DNA of 64,000 nucleotides from Balanoglossus misakiensis. Taxonomy: Eukaryota > Animalia > Hemichordata. The notes below the pieces were generated by a model, which ran no database searches, was not told the DNA's origin, and was given only the letters and a program-made list of their open reading frames with translations. A program made the position numbers and the translations under genes. Each line of letters starts with the position of its first letter. The first letter of the stretch is position 1. This document shows positions 12,991 to 24,697 of the stretch, piece by piece. The stretch is from the NCBI GenBank assembly GCA_040954595.2, contig CM082588.2, positions 9,284,844 through 9,348,843 of the forward strand, given 5' to 3'.

Positions 12991-14031
12991 TTACAGACCT
13001 AAAGATTTGGAGACCGAAAGTCGTTTAGCTAAAGAATCTTTAATGTAACCATCCTTGGCACTGTCGGACTTCCACCGACCATGCCGTTTCCAGCATCTCT
13101 CATTAATTGCGCTGTTAGCTGCTGCTGAGGCACCGCTAGCACGAAGAGAATGAATGCCCACATTAACTTGCTGCCCAGTGACTTCCTTTAACCGCCTGAC
13201 CAGGCACTCCCTGGTGCGTGTATAGCTTAGCTGTTTGTTGACATAAACAAGCCCTAGTGTATCCTTGGATCTAAAAACAGGCTTGAACAGATAGTGAGAA
13301 CTGTGTGGAACACAATTGGCAGCATTTATATACCTAGAATACATGTTGTAAGGGCAAGTGACCGTATCAAGCTTTGCTAAAACCACAGTGTCGCCCTGCC
13401 TATATTGGTCAGTTTTACTTGAAGTGATGAAAAGACTTAAGTGATCTGAATTAACAGTGACATCACAACACCTTAATTTGCTGATTTCATCAAACCTCAA
13501 GAAAGCAGCAAAGCTGAAAAGAATCATAGTTAAATCTCTCAAAACTAGGAGGTCTTCACTTTCCGCATATTTCATGCAAAGTTCTTTCAAATCACCTGCT
13601 GACACTACGTCCTTTTTGGTGATTGGTTTCTTTGGTTGCCTCTTACTGGCTTCTAACAGACTAATTACAAAAGGGTGGACAGTGGGGTCTGGATGTGCAG
13701 ACAAGTTATGAGCCCATTTAATGGCATATACATAACTACTAATGGAATTATAAGTGCAACCTGTATCCAACAAATGTGTTAAAAATAATGCAACATGAAT
13801 TGGTGAAGCAGGCAATGCTTGACCCTTTTTGTCTTTAATAAATGAATTCCACCGTGAGAAATATCCAAGGTATTTGCGGCTTGTATTGTCACTCTTTGAT
13901 AGTGGAATTAGCGCAGACATCTTTTCTCCCAAGGCTCTCAATGATGAATCTTCAATGCCCTCTTCGTCCATAAAACTGTCAACGGCTCGCTGGAGATTCA
14001 AACCTGTAATGGGAAAAAAGAAAATTTCCAC
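12991..14031 (-). CDS. Tyrosine recombinase (integrase) of the DIRS-like element
   Basis: Catalytic set FLRFDE (R), SKTDQ (K), HSLRASG (HxxR), HGRW (H) and DGYI (Y). The ORF-track start is GTG; a likely splice acceptor lies at 14004. Confidence 0.95.
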   Translation of the reverse strand: MEIFFFPITGLNLQRAVDSFMDEEGIEDSSLRALGEKMSALIPLSKSDNTSRKYLGYFSRWNSFIKDKKGQALPASPIHVALFLTHLLDTGCTYNSISSYVYAIKWAHNLSAHPDPTVHPFVISLLEASKRQPKKPITKKDVVSAGDLKELCMKYAESEDLLVLRDLTMILFSFAAFLRFDEISKLRCCDVTVNSDHLSLFITSSKTDQYRQGDTVVLAKLDTVTCPYNMYSRYINAANCVPHSSHYLFKPVFRSKDTLGLVYVNKQLSYTRTRECLVRRLKEVTGQQVNVGIHSLRASGASAAANSAINERCWKRHGRWKSDSAKDGYIKDSLAKRLSVSKSLGL

Positions 14032-14046
14032 GTTCAGCTATCATGT

Positions 14047-16770
14047 TTATTCATGCCATACAAATCTTATGGCAAGCAAGTTAAAACCCAGTGGCTGTTC
14101 AGCAAATATCCCATTGTAGCCCTGGCCCCTAATGACTGAGCCTGTCCTAGGCAACGTACGAACTGAAATTACGAGAAGATCTTTCTTCAGTGCATGTAAA
14201 ATGGGCCAATACTGAGCAGATTTCCACTCAGGCAATATGATTGTACCAGTAGCCCTGTCTTTAAGCAGTTTCTTAAAAACTAGTAATGCAAGTCTGGGTG
14301 GTGGAACTATCCAGTTGTTGTCATTGCCCCAAAACTGTGCAAATGCATCAATACCATTGGTGCCCGCACACCACCATTTGGAATTAAAAGTTTTACACTG
14401 AGCATTGTAGCTACACGCAAATCTATCTACAGAGTGAGGCCCCCAAACTTTGTCTAGCTCTGCAAATATTTCAGGACTGATTCGCCAGTCATCAGCATCT
14501 TTGCATCTGCTTAACAGATCAGCTTTTCCATTAAGCTCCCTCGGGATCCACTCTGGGATAATCTGCATGCTATATTTCATGCATATGTCATGCACCTCTA
14601 GTGCGATATTTTGCAGGTCTACTTTGACACTGCCTACCTGTAGTATCCGCACCACATTTTGGTTATCAGTGAACCATTGTATGCATTTGCCCTCTAGGCA
14701 TTCTTTGTTGCTCTTTAAAATTCTGGAAACTGCTTCCAGTTCTCGCCATGTGGAGCTTTTAATTTTCTCCTCAGCAGACCATTGTCCAATGGTTTCAGAG
14801 CCGTTATGGTCTACAATAAACCCGCCATAGCCTGAGTCTGAGGCATCACTATAAACAACTACTGTTGTTGTGGAAACATTGACTAGGTCCGAGCCATTTA
14901 GGCTTTCCAGGTTATTGAGCCAGAATAACAATTCATCAAAACTATTCTTAGTTAGTACAACCTGGCTATTCCATGACGCTCGACTTTCAATACTGTGATA
15001 AATATATCGAGTGCGGAGCCTAGCTAATGGCCCTATAGCCCCTTGCATAGAAATTAATTGTCCTGCAATGCCAGCCAATTTCCTAACTGGAATACACACG
15101 GAACCGTGAGCGACTGATTGGACAACTCTGGAAACAACAGATAAAAGATTGATAACTCTTTGTTTAGTAACATATAGTTTCCCCATCTCCATGTCTAAAA
15201 TGGTTCCTAGCCATTCAATGATGGTAACTGGTTCCCAAAGGCATTTACTTTCTGAGCATAGGAAACCAAATTCTTCAAGATCACGTCTGACTATCTTACT
15301 CAATGCTGCTGCATCATATTTACCTCTACATCCACCGATCCCGTCATCATAGAAAATAAGGACCCGGTGGCCTTGGCTACGCCAGTGTGTTACAGGGACA
15401 CGCATCAACTTTGTAAATATATATGGGGCAGTAGCAATCCCAAAGGCAAGAACGTTAAAGACGAAAAACTTTTCTCTGCCATTGAAACAAAATGCAAAAC
15501 CCAGATAGGGTCTATGGTCATGAGCTATTTCTATATGGTGAAAAGCTGACTTAATGTCAAATTTAAACAAAAAATCACCTCTCTCAAACAAGGTACGTGC
15601 AACACTGGTATCTTCACAGCAGAATTTGAACTTATACAGACATGGATTGATATGTCTGCAGTCAAGCACTAACCGCTGTTTTCCATCCTTGTTAGTGGCT
15701 ACTGATAACGGGTTAACAACGAGTGCAGTGTCACTTGACACTTCGCTAATGGCTCCGATCGTGAGTAATTTGTCGATAGCTTCGCAAACAAAAAACCTGT
15801 TGTTTAATGCGGAGGTGTTATTAGGTAGCTTGACGCTATCTGGTAAATGATGGAACGGCAATTTATAGCCGTTTAACACGATATCGAGAACGTGCGAATT
15901 AGCACCTGCAGATTCCCATTTCTCAGAACACTTTTTGAGCCTCCCTACAGGGCTAACACTATCGGAAACGCAATCGAATAAAGTATCACTTAACTTTACG
16001 CCTCCTTGTTGGCTGTTAGCACTCTTGCTGGCAGCGCAATCCGGGTCTCCACGCCAATGGCCTGGTTTCCAACAAGCAAAGCATAGTCCTGGTTTGCTGG
16101 ATGCGATGGCATTCTGCTTTGGTGGTCGTCTGGTCGAGTTGCTTACGTCACCTGGCTGCTCGGCCTGCATGTACGGCGTATCCCAACGTGGGTATCGTTT
16201 GCGTTTTTTCGATTGCTGTTCTTTCACTTTCCTCTGCGCCCTGGTTTGGGCTTTATATATGCGTTTTTCATCGTCCGAATCGTCGGCAAGCTCGTTTGTT
16301 TCGTATTCTTCAACTACTTTCCATCCCAAGTCGTTGCTGTCCGCTAGTCGGATAAGCTTCTGTCTATGTTGTATGGTTTTCATACCCTCAGTGACTTGTT
16401 CTTGTATCTTCGATACGGTTTCCCCAATGACTCCGGTTTTGGACGTTTCACTGATAGGGTGGACCAATCTGTCGATTTCCTCAAGATTTTGATGGATGAG
16501 TTGGTTATGCTTGTACTGCTCCTCATTTCCCTTCTTCTTGAAAGTGGGACGGTCGTTGGACTTCAGCTGCTTAATCAGTGAAAGGTGACTTTCTGACAGA
16601 TCGGTTTGCGACGCAGACAGTTCGCGCTTGAGCGAATTTAGTCGTCCTGTCATCAACTTTTCCAGATCGGTCAGTAGGCTGGTATTTGCCGTCTTCAGAG
16701 TGTCTGCGACTTGTGTTTCAATCAAACTCTTCAGTTCTGTACTGCTTATGGCTTGCATGGGATTGGTCAT
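14047..16770 (-). CDS. DIRS-type Gag-Pol polyprotein: Gag with zinc knuckle, reverse transcriptase, RNase H, dam-like methyltransferase domain
   Basis: 907 aa uninterrupted. Knuckle CFACWKPGHWRGDPDC. RT RLVLDCR, FDIKSAFHHI, LAFGIATAP, FYDDG. RNase H SDAS, WRELEA, FTDNQ, NGKADLLSR. MT-like DRFA...IDAF...WIVPPP...PEWKSAQYWP. Confidence 0.95.
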   Translation of the reverse strand: MTNPMQAISSTELKSLIETQVADTLKTANTSLLTDLEKLMTGRLNSLKRELSASQTDLSESHLSLIKQLKSNDRPTFKKKGNEEQYKHNQLIHQNLEEIDRLVHPISETSKTGVIGETVSKIQEQVTEGMKTIQHRQKLIRLADSNDLGWKVVEEYETNELADDSDDEKRIYKAQTRAQRKVKEQQSKKRKRYPRWDTPYMQAEQPGDVSNSTRRPPKQNAIASSKPGLCFACWKPGHWRGDPDCAASKSANSQQGGVKLSDTLFDCVSDSVSPVGRLKKCSEKWESAGANSHVLDIVLNGYKLPFHHLPDSVKLPNNTSALNNRFFVCEAIDKLLTIGAISEVSSDTALVVNPLSVATNKDGKQRLVLDCRHINPCLYKFKFCCEDTSVARTLFERGDFLFKFDIKSAFHHIEIAHDHRPYLGFAFCFNGREKFFVFNVLAFGIATAPYIFTKLMRVPVTHWRSQGHRVLIFYDDGIGGCRGKYDAAALSKIVRRDLEEFGFLCSESKCLWEPVTIIEWLGTILDMEMGKLYVTKQRVINLLSVVSRVVQSVAHGSVCIPVRKLAGIAGQLISMQGAIGPLARLRTRYIYHSIESRASWNSQVVLTKNSFDELLFWLNNLESLNGSDLVNVSTTTVVVYSDASDSGYGGFIVDHNGSETIGQWSAEEKIKSSTWRELEAVSRILKSNKECLEGKCIQWFTDNQNVVRILQVGSVKVDLQNIALEVHDICMKYSMQIIPEWIPRELNGKADLLSRCKDADDWRISPEIFAELDKVWGPHSVDRFACSYNAQCKTFNSKWWCAGTNGIDAFAQFWGNDNNWIVPPPRLALLVFKKLLKDRATGTIILPEWKSAQYWPILHALKKDLLVISVRTLPRTGSVIRGQGYNGIFAEQPLGFNLLAIRFVWHE

Positions 16771-17068
16771 CGTGATGAAGACAAAGCGAAGAAAAAATGA
16801 CTCAAAACTGGCGGCAAAAAAAAAAAATTGATGAACAAGGACCGAACGTCTGTGCTGCTCAAAGATCTGCCTAGAAGTGGCTCAAAATTGCCTCAGCACG
16901 CATATGGCATTTTCCTCACTAAAACCCTCATTGGTCAATGCAACATTTTATATTTACTTATCCAATAAGAATACAACAAAACTATGAGCACGCACTAAAC
17001 ACTGCTTGTGTGCGTGACATCAAGACAAAGATTTCGATACTTTACTGTCGAAACGCGCGAAATCATAT

Positions 17069-17816
17069 TTATTCGCTCGGGCCTGTGTGTTCTACGCATC
17101 ACAACGGAATATGCAAATAAGGAGACAGTGACTGGAAGCAACCATGGATATTTTAGAACAAACAGTCGATCTACAGAGTCTACCGGAAAACTTTCTTATT
17201 CGCTCGGGCCTGTGTGTTCTACGCATCACAACGGAATATGCAAATAAGGAGACGGTGACTGGAAGCAACCATGGAAATTTTAGAACAAATAGTCGATCTA
17301 CAGAGTCTACCGGAAAACTTTTTTATTCACTCGGGCCTGTGTGTTCTACATATCACAACGGAATATGCAAATAAGGAGACGGTGACTGGAAGCAACCATG
17401 GATATTTTAGAACAAACAGTCGATCTACAGAGTCTACCGGAAAACTTTCTTATTCGCTCGGGCCTGTGTGTTCTACGCATCACAACGGAATATGCAAATA
17501 AGGAGACGGTGACTGGAAGCAACCATCGATATTTTAGAACAAACAGTCGATCTACAGAGTCTACCGGAAAACTTTCTTATTCGCTCGGGCCTGTGTTCTA
17601 CGCGTCACAACGGAATATGCAAATAAGGAGACGGTGACTGGAAGCAACCATGGATATTTTAGAACAAACAGTCGATCTACAGAGTCTACCGGAAAACTTT
17701 CTTATTCGCTCGGGCCTGTGTGTTCTACGCATCACAACGGAATATGCAAAGAAGGAGACTGTGACTGGAAGCAACCATGGATATTTTAGAACAAACAGTC
17801 GATCTACAGAGTCTAC
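17069..17816 (+). repeat. 127-bp satellite, segment 4
   Basis: Same monomer, about 6 copies. Confidence 0.97.
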
Positions 17817-17874
17817 AGGCCGAGTTACACGAGGCAACTCGGCAGGCAACTCGGTAGGCAACTCGACGCGCAAC
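17817..17874 (+). repeat. Left TIR of the Harbinger element
   Basis: AGGCCGAGTTACACGAGGCAACTCGGCAGGCAACTCGGTAGGCAACTCGACGCGCAAC, containing three AGGCAACTCG subrepeats. Confidence 0.95.
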
Positions 17875-18736
17875 CCGAGTTGCCTACCGAGTTGCCTCGT
17901 GTGTATGATCTAGTCGCCTCAATGGAACGCGTCTGGCGACGTCGCCTCGAAATCCGTCATGTCGGATTTTCGGGCGACGAGTTGCCTGACGCGCAAGCGG
18001 TTGCCCCGCGTTACCAGTTTTCCCCAATAACCTTTGACATCTGCACATGCGCAGAGGCATTTTCTGAACCAGGAAACAAATTGTCGTCCAGAGAAATAGT
18101 CGCGAATATTGGTAAGTATTTTTTTTATATCGCATATATTATCTACTATGTTTTGAGTATTTTATTATGAGCTCAAGTTTGATCAAATAAAACTAAAATG
18201 AGTGGTCTTTTCAGTGTTGTTATGACAAAAATTTATAAGTTCCGCAAAATGGTTACGAGGATTGACAAGTTGGTTGATCTCATGACCTGGCCAGCCAGCT
18301 GTGAGTAGGAAGATTTTTTTGTGTGGAAGCTTATTATTTCTGGATAACGCCAGCTAGAAATGTGTTCTTCGCTAGAAATTATAGTAGTATAGTGCATGAC
18401 TGGAATGAACATTGTCAGTTTGGGTCTGCAGTCTGTGCAGGTCAAGTGTCTAGTGGGCTAGTCTATGTACCGTAAACAGTGATGGTGGTGGTAATTGTCT
18501 CCATAGTTTTGCTCACATATTACAACGGACTGTTTCCCGTAGCCAGTAGGGCAATTGTTATGTTCTTTCCACAACTATAAATGACAGGTTTTCAGAAAAT
18601 TACTAGTTCTGTGCCATGATGTCGAATCCATAGATATAATGCAATAATATATAGCAGTTTGAAAGCTGATAGTGGTAGTTATGTAGTTGAATTTCATTTT
18701 AAGCGTGTTGTTTTTTGTTTAATAGCTTTTTACAAG

Positions 18737-18887
18737 ATGGATACTTGGTCAGATGATCAGGTTGATCAGCTTATCGAGAAGTATAGGGAATGTCGGCCCT
18801 TATGGGATGTGTCTCATGCAGACTATAAGGACAGAGTTATTAGGGAAAAACTAATAACAGAGATATCTGTCAGTCTTGACAAGTCAG
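18737..18887 (+). CDS. Harbinger MADF/Myb-SANT DNA-binding protein, coding exon 1
   Basis: MDTWSDDQVDQLIEKYRECRPLWDVSHADYKDR... fits the MADF pattern LI..Y...P.LWD.....YKD. Donor G|gtgaat, phase 1. Confidence 0.88.
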
Positions 18888-19300
18888 GTGAATAAGTTTA
18901 AAGGTTTATTTCCTAGAGATAACAATGAACAAATAGTATAATTATAGTAGGTAACAATGAATAAATATTATATAATCATAGTGGCTGTATCTAATATTTC
19001 CAGTATATCTTAATGTACAAATAATTCAAATCATCAGCTTATTTCATTAATATTATTTAAGTTTCTTATACCTTGACAGGTTTACATCCCATTTGAAAAG
19101 TAAAAATCAGCCACAGTTCATCAAAGATGATTCATTTAATAAAATTATTGTATCAGTTTTCTTCTGGTAAAATTTGGAAAGGAATTGTGTCATAGTTAAA
19201 CTACTGCTACTATGGCCAATGACTTGATGGCTAATTTAAACAAATTTATCCAAACTTGTGTTGTAACACTTATATATTTGTACAATGTTTCTCATTTAAG

Positions 19301-19482
19301 TACCAAGTGTGTACAAGAAAATAAAGAATTTAAGAACAATGTACGCCAGGCATCGCCGTGGCCCAAAAAGCGGAAGTAGTGCAGGCCAATTAGAGAAGCG
19401 CCAGTGGATATTAAATAAGCTGAGCTTTTGTGATGAATACATAATCCCTAAAAGTACAAGGTCTACCTTTGACGCACCTCAG
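19301..19482 (+). CDS. Harbinger MADF protein, coding exon 2
   Basis: Acceptor ctcatttaag|. VPSVYKKIKNLRTMYARHRRGPKSGS...W....LSF completes the MADF domain. Donor CAG|gtaatg, phase 0. Confidence 0.88.
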
Positions 19483-19699
19483 GTAATGTTGATTGTGACA
19501 GAATAGAAACATAGCATAGCATAGGTTTTAGGATATTGTTAGGTATTGATAGGAGGATTAGTATTTCTAACACCTTCAAATAACAATATTTTAACATTTG
19601 ATTGTAAGCAGCGTACTTTACGTGGCTCTAAATTTTATCTTAGGTTGTGGAAAAGAAAGAATTCTCTTATTGTTGCGGGTATCAACCCATTTGTTATGC

Positions 19700-19813
19700 A
19701 TTACAGTGTATTTTTGTTCTTTTTTAGCCACAATACCATATGGTGAAATTTTTGTGGAAATCGTACCTATTGATATTAAAATTTTTATTTTTATATAATT
19801 CTTTATTTAATTG

Positions 19814-19851
<38 letters not shown>

Positions 19852-21419
19852 GTTAAGGGGTTTAAAGAATTATATAAACAATCTATCAATTTAATAAGCA
19901 CGGGTGGATTTCATGTACAATCATTCGTGATACTTCAGATTCATAAAGACAACATTTTTCAAAGTGGCCTATGTATCTAAAATTGCAGACGACGTTTCAA
20001 CGCTTTCGGTTGGAGATTTTCTACCTAATATTCACAAAAAGACCTCGGGTATTGTTAAACACTATTTAAAACCTTGTTACCCGGTGAGTCTGGTGGCGTG
20101 TGTACGACAGATCTGAGGTACAAAACTTCGCTCGAAACCCAACACGAGTTGGAGAACGAGTTTATTTACGTACAACATTGTAGCAATTTTTCGTATGTTT
20201 GCGCGTGCTCTGGAATCACGCGATGTCAACTGAGTGTGAACGAGCTGTTTCGCGTCGTGTCGTCTGCCCAGTTTTCGTGGCTAAAACGACAGGAATAATA
20301 CCCCAGTTGGCTTTAGAATTGCACATATCATGAGATTTGAGCGCCATAGAAACCGCAGATATCGTGGAACAGGAAGGTTAGTGTTTAAATCATTGATTTT
20401 AATCGAAGAATTGTCCTCTGAGTTATGCTACGTTTGTGTCGGTGTCAAACGGACGCAATGTTTACACGGCAGCAAAATAAAATCGGAGAAATGAAGAAAT
20501 GTTATCACGATACTTTGGATTTCGTGTTATTATTTCTCGGGAATTTTATTGTTTTCTCAGACGAGGTGACAGGACAGACACACGAGGCATCTCGCGGTTT
20601 CGTTTTCAATTTTATGTTTTGACTGCATTTGCGTGTCAGCTGACAGGTCTTCGCATTCATCAGAAGGTATCGTGCGTCACTGAGATTTGATTCTTCCTAA
20701 ACGAAAATTATTTCATAACCATACCAAATAAAACATTCCCAGAAATTTAGAAGTTTGCAGACTTTTCTGCTAGTTGTCTATTTAGTGTTGAAGTCACGCT
20801 GAACTGCCAAATTTAACACAGACTCGCTGTCAATACTCAAACAGTGTACTTCTACGAGTGTGTCCTGTAACTGCCTTCCTTCAATAACCCATGTCATACA
20901 ACAACAAATAGACGGTAAACGTTTATGCAATACCAATGAATTTATGTTTTAAAACTGGTCGACAGTCTGGAAATGCATGAACAATCGATTGATTGGATTC
21001 CTTAACGATACTATTGTATCTTGTATTTTTTTGTAGTTACACTGTGGAAATCGGCAGGCTGCATTGCCAGTTGTTCTGCACATGCGCAGTTCCTCTGTCT
21101 TGAAAGAAAAGTCAAATTTCACCAACTTATAAATGTGCATTCAGAAAATAAACCCCAAATGTTTTCTTTGTGAACAAAAATACTGCCAGTGTGATTTTGT
21201 GTTCAAATCCAACCAATTATTATGTAAATTGACTTGTGATACCCTCTCTTAGCACAAAAAGCATAATTTCAGCCCCAAAATGGTTGCCATAGAAACATGT
21301 GATCACTAAACGGATATCATTTTTGTTCTTATTGAGCCAAGATACCCCTATGGTGAAATTTTTATGGAAATCGGACCTATTATTATTACAATTATTATTT
21401 TTATATAATTCTTTATTGA

Positions 21420-21489
<70 letters not shown>

Positions 21490-24400
21490 GTTAAGGGGTT
21501 TAAAGAATTATATAAACAATCTATCAATTTAATAAGCACGGGTGGATTTCCTGTACAATCATTCGTGATACTTCAGATTCATAAAGACAACATTTTTCAA
21601 AGTGGCCTATGTATCTAAAATTGCAGACGACGTTTCAACGCTTTCGGTTGGAGATTTTCTACCTAATATTCACAAAAAGACCTCGGGTATTGTTAAACAC
21701 TATTTAAAACCTTGTTACCCGGTGAGTCTGGTGGCGTGTGTACGACAGATCTGAGGTACAAAACTTCGCTCGAAACCCAACACGAGTTGGAGACCGAGTT
21801 TATTTACGTACAACATTGTAGCAATTTTTCGTATGTTTGCGCGCGCTCTGAAATCACGCGATGTCAACTGAGTGTGAACGAGCTGTTTCGCGTTGTGTCG
21901 TCTGCCCAGTTTTCGTGGCTAAAACGACAGGAATAATACCCCAGTTGGCTTAAGAATTGCACATATCGTGAGATTTGAGCGCCATAGAAACTGCAGATAT
22001 CGTGGAACAGGAAGGTTAGTGTTTAAATCATTGATTTTAATCGAAGAATTGTCCTCTGAGTTATGCTACGTTTGTGTCGGTGTCAAACGGACGCAATGTT
22101 TACACGGCAGCAAAATAAAATCGGAGAAATGAAGAAATGTTATCACGATACTTTGGATTTCGTGTTATTATTTCTCGGGAATTTTATTGTTTTCTCAGAC
22201 GAGGTGACAGGACAGACACACGAGGCATCTCGCGGTTTCGTTTTCAATTTTATGTTTTGACTGCATTTGCGTGTCAGCTGACAGGTCTTCGCATTCATCA
22301 GAAGGTATCGTGCGTCACTGAGATTTGATTCTTCCTAAACGAAAATTATTTCATAACCATACCAAATAAAACATTCCCAGAAATTTAGAAGTTTGCAGAC
22401 TTTTCTGCTAGTTGTCTATTTAGTGTTGAAGTCACGCTGAACTGCCAAATTTAACAGACTCGCCGTCAACACTCAAAAAGTGTGTACTTCTACGGGTGTG
22501 TCCTGTAACTGCCTTCCTTCGATAACCATACAACAACAGATAGACGGTAAACGTTTATGCAATACCAATGGATTTATGTTTTAAAACTGGTCGACAGTCA
22601 GGAAATATGCGTGAACAATCGATTGATTGGATTCCCCAGCGATACTATTGTATCTTGTGATTTTTTGTAGTTACACTGTGGAAATCGGCAGGCTGCATTG
22701 CCAGTTGTTCTGCACATGTGCAGTTCCTCTGTCTTGAAAGAAAAGTCAAATTTCACCAACTTATAAATGTGCATTCGGAAAATAAACCACAAATGTTTCC
22801 TTTGTGACCAAAAATACTGCCAGTGCGATTTTGTGTTCAAATCCAACCTATTATTATTTAAAGTGACTTGTGATACCCTCTCTTAGCACAAAAAGCATAA
22901 TTTCAGCCCAAAAATGGTTGCCATAGAAACATGGGATCACTAAACGGATATCATTTTTGTTCTTTTCGAGCCAAGATACCCCTATGGTGAATTTTTTGTG
23001 GAAATCGGACCTATTATTATTAAAATTATTATTTTTATATAATTCTTTATTTAATTATTATTATTACCAGTTAAGGGGTTTAAAGAATTATATAAACAAT
23101 CTATCAATTTAATAAGCACGGGTGGATTTCCTGTACAATCATTCGTGATACTTCAGATTCATAAAGACAACATTTTTCAAAGTGGCCTATGTATCTAAAA
23201 TTGCAGACGACGTTTCAACGCTTTCGGTTGGAGATTTTCTACCTAATATTCACAAAAAGACCTCGGGTATTGTTAAACACTATTTAAAACCTTGTTACCC
23301 AGTGAGTCTGGTGGCGTGTGTACGACAGATCTGAGGTACAAAACTTCGCTCGAAACCCAACACGAGTTGGAGACCGAGTTTATTTACGTACAACATTGTA
23401 GCAATTTTTCGTATGTTTGCGCGCGCTCTGAAATCACGCGATGTCAACTGAGTGTGAACGAGCTGTTTCGCGTCGTGTCGTCTGCCCAGTTTTCGTGGCT
23501 AAAACGACAGGAATAATACCCCAGTTGGCTTTAGAATTGCACATATCATGAGATTTGAGCGCCATAGAAACCGCAGATATCGTGGAACAGGAAGGTTAGT
23601 GTTAAAATTATTGTTTTTAATCAAAGTATTGACCTCTGAGTTATGCTACGTTTGTGTCGGTGTCAAACGGACGCAATGTTTACAATGTACAAGGCAGCCA
23701 AATAGAATCAGAGAAATGAAGAAATGTTATCACGATACTTTGGATTTCGTGTTATTATTTCTCGGGAATTTTATTGTTTTCTCAGACGAGGTGACAGGAC
23801 AGACACACGAGGCATCTCGCGGTTCCGTTTTCAATGTTGAATTTTATGTTTTGGCTGTATTTGCGTGTCAGCTGACAGGTCTTCGCATTCATCAGAAGCT
23901 ATCGTGCGTCGCTGAGATTTGATTCTTCATAGACGAAAATTATTTCATAACCATACCAAATAAAACATTTCCAGAAATTTAGAAGTTTGCAGACTTTTCT
24001 GCTAGTTGTCTATTTAGTGTTGAAGTCACGCTGAACTGCCAAATTTAACACAGACTCGCTGTCAATACTCAAACAGTGTACTTCTACGAGTGTGTCCTGT
24101 AACTGCCTTCCTTCAATAACCCATGTCATACAACAACAAATAGACGGTAAACGTTTATGCAATACCAATGAATTTATGTTTTAAAACTGGTCGACAGTCT
24201 GGAAATGCATGAACAATCGATTGATTGGATTCCTTAACGATACTATTGTATCTTGTATTTTTTTGTAGTTACACTGTGGAAATCGGCAGGCAGCATTGCC
24301 AGTTTTTCTGCACATGCGCAGTTCCTCTGTCTTGAAAGAAAAGTCAAATTTCACCAACTTATTATTGTGCATTCGGAAAATAAACCCCAAATATTTTCTT

Positions 24401-24651
24401 TGTGAACAAAAATACTGCCAGTGTGATTTTGTGTTCAAATCCAACCTATTATTATGTAAATTGACTTGTGATACCCTCTCTTAGCACAAAAAGCATAATT
24501 TCAGCCCCAAAATGGTTGCCATAGAAACAGGTGATCACTAAACGGATATCATTTTTGTTCTTATTGAGCCAAGAAACCCCTATGGTGAAATTTTTGTGGA
24601 AATCGGTCCTATTATTATTAAAATTATTATTTTTATATAATTCTTTATTTA

Positions 24652-24697
<46 letters not shown>

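Larger units (their letters stand above)
12824..17068 (-). mobile_element. Tyrosine-recombinase retrotransposon (DIRS/PAT-like), coding-intact, no TSD, no long terminal repeats
   Basis: Inserted cleanly at satellite ACTTTC^TTATTCG. Carries a Gag-RT-RNaseH-MT ORF followed by a YR ORF. Confidence 0.95.

Noticed and set aside
13457-16831. Plus-strand ORFs of 60-185 aa over the DIRS-like element
   Set aside because: Antisense shadows of the intact minus-strand ORFs.
6523-17816. 127-bp array as a CRISPR-like array, or as the terminal repeats of the YR element
   Set aside because: There are no unique spacers, and monomers continue in register across all four insertions, so the array is the target and not part of any element.
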